IMG/VR virus record: IMGVR_UViG_3300017643_000041
DNA from: an uncultured virus (IMG/VR IMGVR_UViG_3300017643_000041)
Taxonomy: Duplodnaviria; Heunggongvirae; Uroviricota; Caudoviricetes
Strand: one strand, 5' to 3'
Length of the DNA: 64,000 nucleotides
Part shown: in pieces, positions 26,079 to 35,051 of the stretch
How the letters are laid out: the number at the start of each line of letters is the position of its first letter
Position numbering within the stretch: position 1 is the stretch's first letter
Notes under the pieces: generated by a model
The model's input: only the letters and a program-made list of their open reading frames with translations
What the model was told of the DNA's origin: nothing
Database searches by the model: none
Position numbers and translations under genes: made by a program

Positions 26079-29065
26079 GCGATAGCAAGACCATGACCAT
26101 ATTCGTTAAGGCAGATATTGAGAATTTCTCCAAGAATATAGCCAACGTGGAAAAGAATATGAATAGCGTTTTCGGGATAAAAACCATGAAAATGTCTAAG
26201 ACTTTTGCCAAGGGCCTGGCCGCTGCGGCCTCTGCCTTAGGTGCTTTTGGAGCAGCGTGCATTGCTATGGCTGATCATGAGCAGGAAGTGGAACGTACCT
26301 TCACTAGTCTTATAGGTAATGCCGATAAAGCTAAAAAGACACTTGCCGATCTAGCTGATTGGGCGACTAATGTTCCTTTTGATTTTGAGGACATGGAAAA
26401 CGCCAGTAAGAAGCTGCTTGCCTATGGGGTAGCAGCCGAAGATGTGGTAGCTGTCTTAAATAACCTGGGCAATGCTGCTGCCATGACTGGTAGCGGTCAG
26501 GCTGGTATTGATGCCATGACAGAAGCAATAGGACGCATGAGCATGACTGGGAAAGTAACTTCCCGTGATATGAAACAGCTCATTAATCAACAGGTAGATG
26601 CCTATAGGTATCTGGCTGATTATTTGGGTACGGATGTGGCTAGTGCTATGGAGCAGGTAAAAGCAGGTACCGTAAGTGGCAAGGCTGCTGTAAGTGCTCT
26701 TATGCAAGGCATGCAGACGGACTTTGCCGGTGGCATGGATAATATTGAAAAATCCATGAGTGGTATGCTGGGCACCATGAAATATAATGTTACCTATGCT
26801 ATGAAAGCCATAGGCAAGGAACTGACTATTTCTACAGGCTTAGATACTAGGATGGCAGAGCTTAATGAAGCTGTACGTGTTTTTGCAGTTTCCATTAAAA
26901 ACTATGGCATTAGCGAAACATTAAAGACCATGATTCCTCCTGAACTAATAGTAGCTATTGGTGCTTTTGGCGGTGTGATTATGGGCATTGCCGTGCCGGC
27001 GCTTATTGCATTGGCTGCCCATGCCCTGGCTGCTATTGTAGCTATAGCCGGTGTTTCCTTACCGGTTCTTGCTGTGGCTGCAGTTATAGGTGCTGCGTTT
27101 GCCGTAGTAATGGTAGCGACCAAGGAACTGGGTGAGCTCTGGTTTTATACCTGGGAAAGCATAAAGTCAAAGACGGCTACTATAGGCAATGCCATTTTAG
27201 GGCAGCTGTGGAATTTTGCCAGCACAGCCCTAAAGTATCTGGCACCCATTCTTAACTTTTTTGGTATGGAAGATACGGTCAAGAACTGGACGCAGGCTGT
27301 CAGTGAGAATATTAAGCTTGCTACTGATGACATGAATGCAGCAGCCTTAAAGAATTCTGCCGACAGCATGGGCATGGATAAGGCCTGGGAAAATACCAGG
27401 AAAGCTTTAAGCGGTACCTTGGATAACATCAAGAATTTTAAGGAAACCAATAACATTGACCTAGATTACAAAGGCCTGCCTGGCAGGAACAGCGAGGATG
27501 CTGAGAATACTGCTGCTACCCAGGACTTAGGTGACATTAAGAAGGATGTTGCCAAGATTGCTAAGACAACTGAATACGGTAAGCAGGCTGTAGATAACAT
27601 GCGTAACCTGCAGGGCAAGATTGCCTTTTATGCTGCCGATGGTACCAACTGTATGCGGACCATTGGTATGGCCATGGAAGGTACACCTTTTGAAGGGCTT
27701 ATCAATGTGGATGATGCTTATGCGGTAGCCAAGAAAGAAGGCTTGGATAGGGATACTTCTTATCAGCCTAAAGCCGGCGATATTATTTTGGTGGGTGGCT
27801 ATGATGCTAACGGTAACTGGGACCCTAGGATGCATGCGGCCATGGTTACAGAAAAAGGTGGCGTTATCCAAAATGGCAAGAGCCATGATGGCGTATGGGA
27901 ATCAGACCTTACACCTCAGGAGATGTTTGGTAACAATATCACAGGTTATATAGCATCAAGTCAGCTTTATACCAAGGGTAGTGTCAGTGAAAAGGCAAGC
28001 GTAGCTGATTTAAAGAAAAAGGCTCTGGACTGGGAAAGCACGGTTAATTCCATTAAGGATAAGGCCAGCGATTTGGCAAGAAATGTTTCTAATCGTATGG
28101 GACTTATTGATTTAACGGGAGTTAGAAAAGAGTTTGTAGAAACCAAGCAGGAATGTACCAAGAGTATTACTGACATGGAACGTTCCTACAGGGACTTAGC
28201 TCTTGATTATGCGAAAAGCACTGCCAGTGAACAAGAAGTAATGCGAAATGCCTGGAAGGAATCCGGCCTGGAATTTGAAACCATAGAGGGTGGCAGGGTT
28301 TCTTTTGCCAAGCAAGTGGCCAAGGAACGTACCCTTATTGAAGAAGAAACTCAGGAAAAGATAAAGGCTTTGAACTATGACAGGCAGAAATACCTGGATG
28401 ATCTGGACAAAGCCAAGAATGAGGGAGATATTAGCAAGCTGGGTGAACTTTTAAGCACTGAGGATGCTAGTAATAACCTTAGACTGGAAAATGCCCAGAA
28501 CTTTGCGGATGAATATGAAAAGCTTTGGAAAGATGCCAATACTACTTTTAAGGAAAGTTTCCTTGGTTCTATTAGGGACGTGGAAGGAACTTTTAGTGAC
28601 TTCTTTACCAGTGTTATTTCTGGACAGAAGAGCCTTAAAGATGCCTTTGTGGACTTATTGCAGTCTTTCATTAACATGATAGCTGAGATGGTAGCTCGTT
28701 GGGCTGCCGCACAGATTACACAGCAGATATTTGGAGCTTTTGGACTTCTTCCCAAAAATAATAACAATAATAGCTCTAGTGTTATTTCTGTCTTTGGCTC
28801 TGCTGCGTCAGCATCACTGTTCCAAAGGAATGCCAGTGGAGGTGCTGTTAGCGGTTTAACCTTGGTAGGTGAACAGGGGCCTGAGCTTTTATACCTGAAT
28901 CACTCTTCCAGGATATTTAATAACAGAGATACCAGAGCCATTATGGGCGGTGGCAGCGTAAATATGTATGTGAATACGCCTGATGCAGAGAGCTTTAAGC
29001 AGTCCAGGGCACAGATCAGTGCAGGTCTTGCCGGCATGATTGCCAGAGGGAGGCGTAATACTTAA
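26075..29065 (+). CDS. Tape measure protein with internal NlpC/P60-like domain
   Basis: Ala/Gly-rich helical protein, hydrophobic segment, ASGG...VGEQGPE C-terminus. Confidence 0.88.
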   Translation: MSDSKTMTIFVKADIENFSKNIANVEKNMNSVFGIKTMKMSKTFAKGLAAAASALGAFGAACIAMADHEQEVERTFTSLIGNADKAKKTLADLADWATNVPFDFEDMENASKKLLAYGVAAEDVVAVLNNLGNAAAMTGSGQAGIDAMTEAIGRMSMTGKVTSRDMKQLINQQVDAYRYLADYLGTDVASAMEQVKAGTVSGKAAVSALMQGMQTDFAGGMDNIEKSMSGMLGTMKYNVTYAMKAIGKELTISTGLDTRMAELNEAVRVFAVSIKNYGISETLKTMIPPELIVAIGAFGGVIMGIAVPALIALAAHALAAIVAIAGVSLPVLAVAAVIGAAFAVVMVATKELGELWFYTWESIKSKTATIGNAILGQLWNFASTALKYLAPILNFFGMEDTVKNWTQAVSENIKLATDDMNAAALKNSADSMGMDKAWENTRKALSGTLDNIKNFKETNNIDLDYKGLPGRNSEDAENTAATQDLGDIKKDVAKIAKTTEYGKQAVDNMRNLQGKIAFYAADGTNCMRTIGMAMEGTPFEGLINVDDAYAVAKKEGLDRDTSYQPKAGDIILVGGYDANGNWDPRMHAAMVTEKGGVIQNGKSHDGVWESDLTPQEMFGNNITGYIASSQLYTKGSVSEKASVADLKKKALDWESTVNSIKDKASDLARNVSNRMGLIDLTGVRKEFVETKQECTKSITDMERSYRDLALDYAKSTASEQEVMRNAWKESGLEFETIEGGRVSFAKQVAKERTLIEEETQEKIKALNYDRQKYLDDLDKAKNEGDISKLGELLSTEDASNNLRLENAQNFADEYEKLWKDANTTFKESFLGSIRDVEGTFSDFFTSVISGQKSLKDAFVDLLQSFINMIAEMVARWAAAQITQQIFGAFGLLPKNNNNNSSSVISVFGSAASASLFQRNASGGAVSGLTLVGEQGPELLYLNHSSRIFNNRDTRAIMGGGSVNMYVNTPDAESFKQSRAQISAGLAGMIARGRRNT

Positions 29066-29739
29066 TGAGTAGTTATTTTCATGAAGTTAGGTTTCCTTTA
29101 AGCATTGGCGCCGGTTCTACCTTTGGCCCAAGCTACAGTACTGATATTGTGCAGATGCCAAACGGGGCAGAGCAGCGTAATGTTAACTGGCAGTATCCTA
29201 GGTGCTCTGGCAGTGTTTCTTTGGGAGTAAAAGAAGAAGGAGAGTTTTATAAGCTTTTGGTATTTTTTCACAATCGCTGTGGTAAGGCTTATGGCTTTCG
29301 TTTTTATGATTATTTTGATCATACCGGTGACCGTGAATATTTGGGCCGTGGCGATGGTACCAATAGGGTGTTTCAGCTGAGAAAGTACTATATAGACGAA
29401 GAACTGTGGATTGCTAAGGAACGAAAGATTTTAAAGCCGATTGCAGATACAGTCCATGTCTATTTTGTGCCCATTGGAGAAAAAGATATATTGTCTTGGC
29501 AGAGAGCATTGGAAATAAGAAAGCAAAAAGAAGGCACAGAGCAAAACCTAAACTGGAGCGTGGATATTACGACAGGGGTAGTTACTTTTACAGAAGCACC
29601 TCCGGTAAATACTTTAGTTATGGCAAGCTTTGAGTTTGATGTACCGGTGCGCTTTGATACTGATTCTATGCCGGCAAGTTGGGAGCTAGTGCAGGCAGCA
29701 GGATGGACTGATATACCATTGATAGAACTTAAGTTTTAG
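29065..29739 (+). CDS. DUF2460 distal tail protein (RcGTA g12-like)
   Basis: FHEVRFP, GP.YST, EQRN.NW, GFRF.D, FEFDVPVRFD. Confidence 0.88.
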   Translation: MSSYFHEVRFPLSIGAGSTFGPSYSTDIVQMPNGAEQRNVNWQYPRCSGSVSLGVKEEGEFYKLLVFFHNRCGKAYGFRFYDYFDHTGDREYLGRGDGTNRVFQLRKYYIDEELWIAKERKILKPIADTVHVYFVPIGEKDILSWQRALEIRKQKEGTEQNLNWSVDITTGVVTFTEAPPVNTLVMASFEFDVPVRFDTDSMPASWELVQAAGWTDIPLIELKF

Positions 29740-29752
29740 GATATAATGATGC

Positions 29753-29824
29753 AAAAGCACTTATGGATGTTTGACTCGGAACTGGCTTGCCAGAAGATTC
29801 TTACATAACTCCATGAGTGCTTTT
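29753..29824 (+). ncRNA. Candidate structured small RNA, copy 1
   Basis: TTGATA-17-TATAAT promoter at 29719-29747; 15-bp closing stem ending in U-tract; CUGG-CUUG-CCAG apical hairpin. Confidence 0.6.
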
Positions 29825-29873
29825 GCATTGGTGCGTTACTTGACAAATTTATATTTTTATCTAAAATGAATAT

Positions 29874-29945
29874 AAAGCACTCGGAATGTTTGATTCGGAA
29901 CTGGCTTGCCAGAAGAATCTTACAGAAGTTCCAGAGTGCTTTTTT
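29874..29945 (+). ncRNA. Candidate structured small RNA, copy 2
   Basis: TTGACA-16-TAAAAT promoter at 29840-29867; same core with covarying closing stem and U-tract. Confidence 0.6.
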
Positions 29946-29958
29946 ATTGGGAGGTTTT

Positions 29959-30321
29959 ATGAGTGTCTTAAGCATTTACGGCGGTGATGTCACGGCCGGG
30001 AGCATTGATGGAGATTTAATAACGACAGAAAGAAAAATAGCTCTTAAAGGTACCAGGGGTAATCCGGTAACGAAAACCTATGCCTTAAGAGCTATTAGTA
30101 CATCTAAGCCAGCCTGTGTTGTGAAGATTACTTTAGATGGTCCGCAGAAAGATTGGTTTGCTATCTCTTTAGATGGCGCAAAATGGGGACAGAGAATTGA
30201 CATTCCGTATATTAAAGACGAGAATGTCTTATTTTTTATCAAGTGCAATATACCGGAAGATGCAGATTACGGAGATAATACTGCTAACTTCCTTAACTTA
30301 GACTATTTTGGAGGTGTGTAG
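29959..30321 (+). CDS. Putative tail-associated protein, paralogue 1
   Basis: GGAGG RBS; N-terminus LSIYGGDVTAGSIDGDLI resembles the next two genes. Confidence 0.7.
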   Translation: MSVLSIYGGDVTAGSIDGDLITTERKIALKGTRGNPVTKTYALRAISTSKPACVVKITLDGPQKDWFAISLDGAKWGQRIDIPYIKDENVLFFIKCNIPEDADYGDNTANFLNLDYFGGV

Positions 30322-30322
30322 C

Positions 30323-30766
30323 TTGGCACTACATTTTTATATAAACGGAACAGAAGGAGGACAGGACGGCGAGGAACTAAGCAATGGAGATTTTACTAAG
30401 CCTTTGTTGTTTGATGGTTTCTATCCCGGAACTGGCGTAACGCTTTATAAGGCATTACCAATATATATCAGGGCGGATGCAGGAGAAACCTACTATTTGG
30501 TGCAGGTGGAGATAAGGGGAAACTCAGCCTTGAAATTTCGTTTTGATAATACCGTTGGCCATAATGGTGGATACTATGGTAATAGTACTAATGATTACGT
30601 ATTCTACAACAATACTTATTATTACAAGGGTGGCAAAATACTTGGCAAGGTAGGAGATACCAACAAAAAGATAATGGTGCTTGCTGCAGCCAGCGGGGAC
30701 GAGACCAATAGTCCGGATCTAACCACAAAAATATATGCAAGGAGTTGTTACAATGGCGCATCTTAA
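30323..30766 (+). CDS. Putative tail-associated protein, paralogue 2
   Basis: TTG start after GGAGG; LHFYINGTEGGQDGEEL. Confidence 0.7.
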   Translation: MALHFYINGTEGGQDGEELSNGDFTKPLLFDGFYPGTGVTLYKALPIYIRADAGETYYLVQVEIRGNSALKFRFDNTVGHNGGYYGNSTNDYVFYNNTYYYKGGKILGKVGDTNKKIMVLAAASGDETNSPDLTTKIYARSCYNGAS

Positions 30767-31214
30767 ATTATATTTGAACGGTACTCCTGGAGGAACTGAT
30801 GGGGAGGAGTTAACAGACAGCACAGTCATAAAGGGTATCATGACCAATTCCCAGGCCAGTAGATATACTTATGGAGGAAAGGATACATATTATGGAGCAT
30901 CGGTTCTGCCTGTCTGCTTGCGGTGCGATGCCGGTTTTAAGGCTACCAATGTAGTTTTAAAAAATATCACAAATGTATATTCTCTGCTAGGCTATATCAA
31001 TAGCACAATGTATTTTGCCATAGACAACTTAGATACGTTTAAGAACGTTTGTGAAAAATCTAGCTTCGGTATTAGCGGTATTCAAGATTCTATGACGTTT
31101 AGCGTTGGCAATACCAATGTCATGATTATTCTCGTGATAGAAGCAGCAAGCACTGATACAACTAACCTAGTTGATTTATTCTCTGTGTCCTATGTGGAGG
31201 ATGAAACGGCATGA
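30753..31214 (+). CDS. Putative tail-associated protein, paralogue 3
   Basis: LKLYLNGTPGGTDGEEL; VGNTN. Confidence 0.7.
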   Translation: MAHLKLYLNGTPGGTDGEELTDSTVIKGIMTNSQASRYTYGGKDTYYGASVLPVCLRCDAGFKATNVVLKNITNVYSLLGYINSTMYFAIDNLDTFKNVCEKSSFGISGIQDSMTFSVGNTNVMIILVIEAASTDTTNLVDLFSVSYVEDETA

Positions 31215-32500
31215 GCATAGTGTTGACGGTTTCTGCAAGCAGGCTTATCGGGACAACAGGCGATGGTGAGATGGCTGGGGACTTGAAAAGAATATATAGT
31301 GCTACTCCTGTTACGGCAAAGGCCATGAGGCTCATTGGTACAGTAGGTGTTGACGAATATGCAGCAGATATTAAGAGGGTTTATCAGCAAGGCGGTGTCA
31401 TTGTTAGTGCTTTAAGGTCTATAGATAGTTCCGGAGATAGGGAATTGTCAGGAGATTTGGAACGTATTTATCAGCCCGGCGGTATCATTGCCAAGGCACC
31501 AAGAGCTATAAATACTGCAGGTGACAATGAAATAAAAGGTGATTTTCTTAGGATCTGCTTTGTCACTTTGGCGCATATGGCAGAAGATAGTTACATAATC
31601 CTTACGGTGGAACAGCCTTATGGTATTCCCTGGATGGAGAATGAAATAGTCCATAGCGCTTGGTGCTGGAAGGTGACTAGGACAGATGGTGTAGTTCTTG
31701 GCTTTACTTCTCACGATGAGGACATCGAATATAACGGAGTAGTGTATAAGGCATCAACCGGATTTGCACCTACTGCAGTTTCCACAAGCGGTGACATGGC
31801 GGTGGATAACCTTGATGCTGAAGGTATGCTGCGAGGTGGGGCCATTACTGCAGAAGATTTACGTAAGGGTATTTATACCAATGCTGCCATTGAAGTGTTT
31901 CTTATTAACTACCAAAATACCAAGGATGAGATATTCCTTTTGCGCAAAGGCATACTTGGTGAAGTAACCTATGGTAAGAACGGCTTTAAGGCAGAGATCA
32001 GAGGGCTCATGGAAGCATATCAGCAGCAAAGCGGTAAGGTATACCAGAAGAGCTGCAGGGTAGCCTTGGGCAGCAAAGAGTGCGGTATTTATATGCGTAA
32101 CTGGACTTATACCGGCACAGTTACCGGGATTGAGGAGGATGGTTCGTTTGTCATAGATGTTAAGAAGGCGGAGGACTTCTTTGATTATGGTGTTATTGCT
32201 TGGCAGACGGGAAAGAATGCAGGCAGTCAGATGGAGGTAAAGAAGTATTATTCCACAGGCAAGACAGAGCTATTCCTTCCTATGGCTTATGCAGTAGGCT
32301 TAGGTGATACCTTCCAGATAACCGCAGGCTGTGATGGCAACGCCACTACCTGCAGGAATAGATTTAATAACCTGGCCAACTTTAGAGGAGAGCCTTATAT
32401 TATTGGAAACTCCTATTCTGCAAGTTATCCGGTAAGTGCCTCAGACAACATCGTATCTGAAGGTGGAGATGTAAGAGTAGGAGCATATAAGTGGGAATAG
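31211..32500 (+). CDS. DUF2163 baseplate hub (RcGTA g13-like) with N-terminal 4 x 29-aa repeat extension
   Basis: CWKVTRTDG..LGFTSHD, CRVALG...CG, GCDG....CRNRFNN..NFRGEP. Confidence 0.88.
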   Translation: MSIVLTVSASRLIGTTGDGEMAGDLKRIYSATPVTAKAMRLIGTVGVDEYAADIKRVYQQGGVIVSALRSIDSSGDRELSGDLERIYQPGGIIAKAPRAINTAGDNEIKGDFLRICFVTLAHMAEDSYIILTVEQPYGIPWMENEIVHSAWCWKVTRTDGVVLGFTSHDEDIEYNGVVYKASTGFAPTAVSTSGDMAVDNLDAEGMLRGGAITAEDLRKGIYTNAAIEVFLINYQNTKDEIFLLRKGILGEVTYGKNGFKAEIRGLMEAYQQQSGKVYQKSCRVALGSKECGIYMRNWTYTGTVTGIEEDGSFVIDVKKAEDFFDYGVIAWQTGKNAGSQMEVKKYYSTGKTELFLPMAYAVGLGDTFQITAGCDGNATTCRNRFNNLANFRGEPYIIGNSYSASYPVSASDNIVSEGGDVRVGAYKWE

Positions 32501-32564
32501 TTGTTTAATTCCTAAATGCTTAGTATAATATCTATAAACTGGAATTTGTAGAGCAAAATTAAAG

Positions 32565-32603
32565 AGCAAGCTATTCTACTGAACTAGAATAGCTTGCTTT
32601 TTT
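32565..32603 (+). terminator. Intrinsic terminator
   Basis: AGCAAGCTATTCTA / TAGAATAGCTTGCT followed by T-tract. Confidence 0.8.
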
Positions 32604-32632
32604 GCTGTAATCTAAATTTGAATATTAAACCA

Positions 32633-32686
32633 TTGACAAAATCTGTTTACGGACTTATACTTTTAACAAAGTACTTAAACGGATTT
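32633..32686 (+). promoter_or_regulatory. SigmaA promoter with overlapping inverted repeat (candidate MarR operator)
   Basis: TTGACA-17-TATACT; AAATCTGTTTACGGACTT / AAGTACTTAAACGGATTT. Confidence 0.7.
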
Positions 32687-32700
32687 TAAGGAGGAGCTAT

Positions 32701-33165
32701 ATGGAAAAGCTTAAAGAGCAACGCATAGCATTTAATAAAGTCTATAGTGAGCGACAGGGCCTTTATCTTGCAATTATTCAAAAGGCTGGATTGCCAGAAA
32801 TTCCATATCGCATCTTATATGCCATCTGCGAAGAAGAACCTGGTAAATTATCCCAGATGGATATTTGCCATATTTGGAACTTTCCAAAACAAAGTGTTAA
32901 TACAGCAATCAATCGCCTTATCAAACTTGGATACGTTACTTTATCACAAGACAGGACGGCAGCAAGAAATCGCAAAATAATAGAGCTGACTGATACAGGA
33001 AAGATATACTGTAAGACATGGGTATATCCTCTGGTACAGGCAGACTTGAAAGCTTTTGGAACACTGTCTGCGCAAGAACGAGATATGTACATAGATTTCG
33101 TAGCCAGACAGAGAGATAGCTTGAGGAAAAGCCTGGCAAACTTGTTCGAAATTGAAAAACAATAA
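32701..33165 (+). CDS. MarR-family regulator (moron)
   Basis: SQMDIC....PKQSVNTAINRL..LGYV, NRKIIELTDTG. Confidence 0.88.
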   Translation: MEKLKEQRIAFNKVYSERQGLYLAIIQKAGLPEIPYRILYAICEEEPGKLSQMDICHIWNFPKQSVNTAINRLIKLGYVTLSQDRTAARNRKIIELTDTGKIYCKTWVYPLVQADLKAFGTLSAQERDMYIDFVARQRDSLRKSLANLFEIEKQ

Positions 33166-33179
33166 GCAAGAGGTAGCAA

Positions 33180-33695
33180 ATGAGAAATAAGGGAAGAATA
33201 AAAATGACCATATATATCATAATAGCTATAGTTTTAGTAGCTGGTTTTATGGCAAATAGAGCAAATTCCAGAATAAGAGAACATGTTAAAAGTGAGACAG
33301 TAAAACTTGAAGCAGGCGTTAAAACACCAATCATCCTAACTGAGAATGGGGAAAAACTAAAAGGATATCTTTATGATACTCCTCAGGCAAAGGAGTTTAT
33401 GACGCTATTGCCAATGACTGTTTCCATGAGTTATTGGGGACATGATTTTTGTGGTGGAAAATTTTCTTTAAAGTACGATAAAAATGATGAAATCACAGGA
33501 TATAACAATGGTAATATTGTATATTGGACACCTAAAAATCAACTGGCATTATTTGTGGGAGGAGATAATAACCACCTATTATTTATGTATACTCATAATG
33601 TTATTCTCGGCAAACTGGATGAGTCACAAGAAAGGATGGATAATTTAAAAGGCAGTTTTGATATTACAGTTGACCTAGTGAGGAACAATAACTAA
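33180..33695 (+). CDS. Cyclophilin-like fold protein with N-terminal membrane anchor (moron)
   Basis: LYDTPQAKEF..LLP, GNIVYWTP..QLALF. Confidence 0.75.
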   Translation: MRNKGRIKMTIYIIIAIVLVAGFMANRANSRIREHVKSETVKLEAGVKTPIILTENGEKLKGYLYDTPQAKEFMTLLPMTVSMSYWGHDFCGGKFSLKYDKNDEITGYNNGNIVYWTPKNQLALFVGGDNNHLLFMYTHNVILGKLDESQERMDNLKGSFDITVDLVRNNN

Positions 33696-33815
33696 TGTCT
33701 AATAAAAGCGAGAATATATAAAAGGAACCATGGAAACTGTGAATGCTTGATATTGATGAAATAAAACTGCTGACAAGCTAGAAGCATAATATCTTTTGTT
33801 CAGGAGGAAAAGATA

Positions 33816-34424
33816 ATGAAAAGAATAAAATTGATTATCTCATTGATATTTGTGGTTGCAATTTTCATTGGTTGTACAGGAACACAGACGTTTGCAATGA
33901 AATATTCTGGACATAATTTTTGCGGTAGAAATATCAATAAGGATAATTCCACTAATAAGGAGGCATTTACTATGAACAAGAAGAACGACAACTTTACACC
34001 AGTGTTCGGATTCGGTGGAGAAAACACGCTGTACGGAAATCATTTCACAGGGAAAAGCTATTTTAAACCGCTGGTAGAAGCTGGAGATCCTCCTATCCGC
34101 ATGGCGAATGTGACGTTCTCTCCTGGCTGTCGTACAAATTGGCATGTGCATACAGCGACTAAAGGCGGGGGACAGATCATCATTATTGTTGATGGTGAAG
34201 GCTGGTATCAGGAAGCGGGGAAAGCACCAGTAAGCTTAAAGCCAGGTATGGTAGTAAACATTCCTCCGAACGTAAAGCACTGGCACGGTGCGAAGAAGAA
34301 TTCGTGGTTTGCGCATCTGTCTCTCGACGTTTCTGGAGAAGGTCTTGACGACGTATGGTACGAACCTGTTTCTGAGGAAGAATACGAAAACGTTACAAAA
34401 ATGGATCATATTCAGAAGAACTGA
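33816..34424 (+). CDS. Cupin-domain protein (moron); second possible start at 33972
   Basis: NVTFSPGCRTNWHVH, GGQ, KHWHGA. Confidence 0.85.
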   Translation: MKRIKLIISLIFVVAIFIGCTGTQTFAMKYSGHNFCGRNINKDNSTNKEAFTMNKKNDNFTPVFGFGGENTLYGNHFTGKSYFKPLVEAGDPPIRMANVTFSPGCRTNWHVHTATKGGGQIIIIVDGEGWYQEAGKAPVSLKPGMVVNIPPNVKHWHGAKKNSWFAHLSLDVSGEGLDDVWYEPVSEEEYENVTKMDHIQKN

Positions 34425-34565
34425 AATCACTTTTAGGCGGCCGTAAAACCATTGATATCACGTTTTCATTCGAAAAATAATTAGTTTTCAATGAATATAT
34501 TCTGAAACACAGAAAATCGACAACATAGACAAATTCCGATTTGTTGAATTGACTATATTGTTTAA

Positions 34566-34598
34566 TAGCATCGCTCAAATGAGCGGTGCTATTTTTAT
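34566..34598 (+). terminator. Intrinsic terminator closing the moron
   Basis: ATAGCATCGCTC-AAAT-GAGCGGTGCTAT followed by T-tract. Confidence 0.75.
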
Positions 34599-34619
34599 TC
34601 CTATTTTGGAGGTGATAGC

Positions 34620-35051
34620 ATGAAACGAAGTGAAATAGTAAAAGAAGCAGAAGGATGGATTGGTACCAAATGGCAGCACCAGCAGGCTACAAAACAGGTG
34701 GCTTGTGATTGTGCAGGATTGGCTAGGGGTGTATATGCCAATCTTACCGGTACGCAAGTGGAGATAATGGATTACCCTGCTACTTGGCACTTGTTTAAGA
34801 AGGAAGAGCGCCTATATGAAACCTGCAAAGAAATAATGGATGAGATTAAGCTTTCCGATATCAAGGCCGGAGATATTTTGCTCTTTGCTTTTAGACCGAG
34901 CTTTGTCTGCCATCACCTTGGTATATATACAGGCAAGGGCACTTTTATTCATAGCGACATGGATGCAGGCAAGGTTATTGTCAGCAGGTTGGACAGTTTT
35001 TGGAAGAGTAGGCTTAGATGTGCTTTTAGGTTTAGAGAGGTGGAGGATTAA
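34620..35051 (+). CDS. NlpC/P60 tail peptidase (RcGTA g14-like)
   Basis: WIGTKWQHQ, CDCAGL, GDILLF, HLGI, FIHS. Confidence 0.9.
   Translation: MKRSEIVKEAEGWIGTKWQHQQATKQVACDCAGLARGVYANLTGTQVEIMDYPATWHLFKKEERLYETCKEIMDEIKLSDIKAGDILLFAFRPSFVCHHLGIYTGKGTFIHSDMDAGKVIVSRLDSFWKSRLRCAFRFREVED

Noticed and set aside
28754..28771. AAT repeat encoding poly-Asn in the tape measure protein
   Set aside because: Short and in frame; no evidence for phase variation
29753..29945. Two repeats as a mini-CRISPR or DGR template/variable pair
   Set aside because: Units are ~70 nt with their own promoters, differences are not adenine-specific, and there is no reverse transcriptase in the window
29736..29975. Minus-strand 79-aa ORF and the upstream extension of ORF 29866
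   Set aside because: No RBS; both are by-products of the repeated RNA units; the real start is ATG 29959
32513..32540. Resemblance to a Bacillus-type dif site
   Set aside because: Only the TAAACT end matches; better explained as a -10 box plus the moron boundary site
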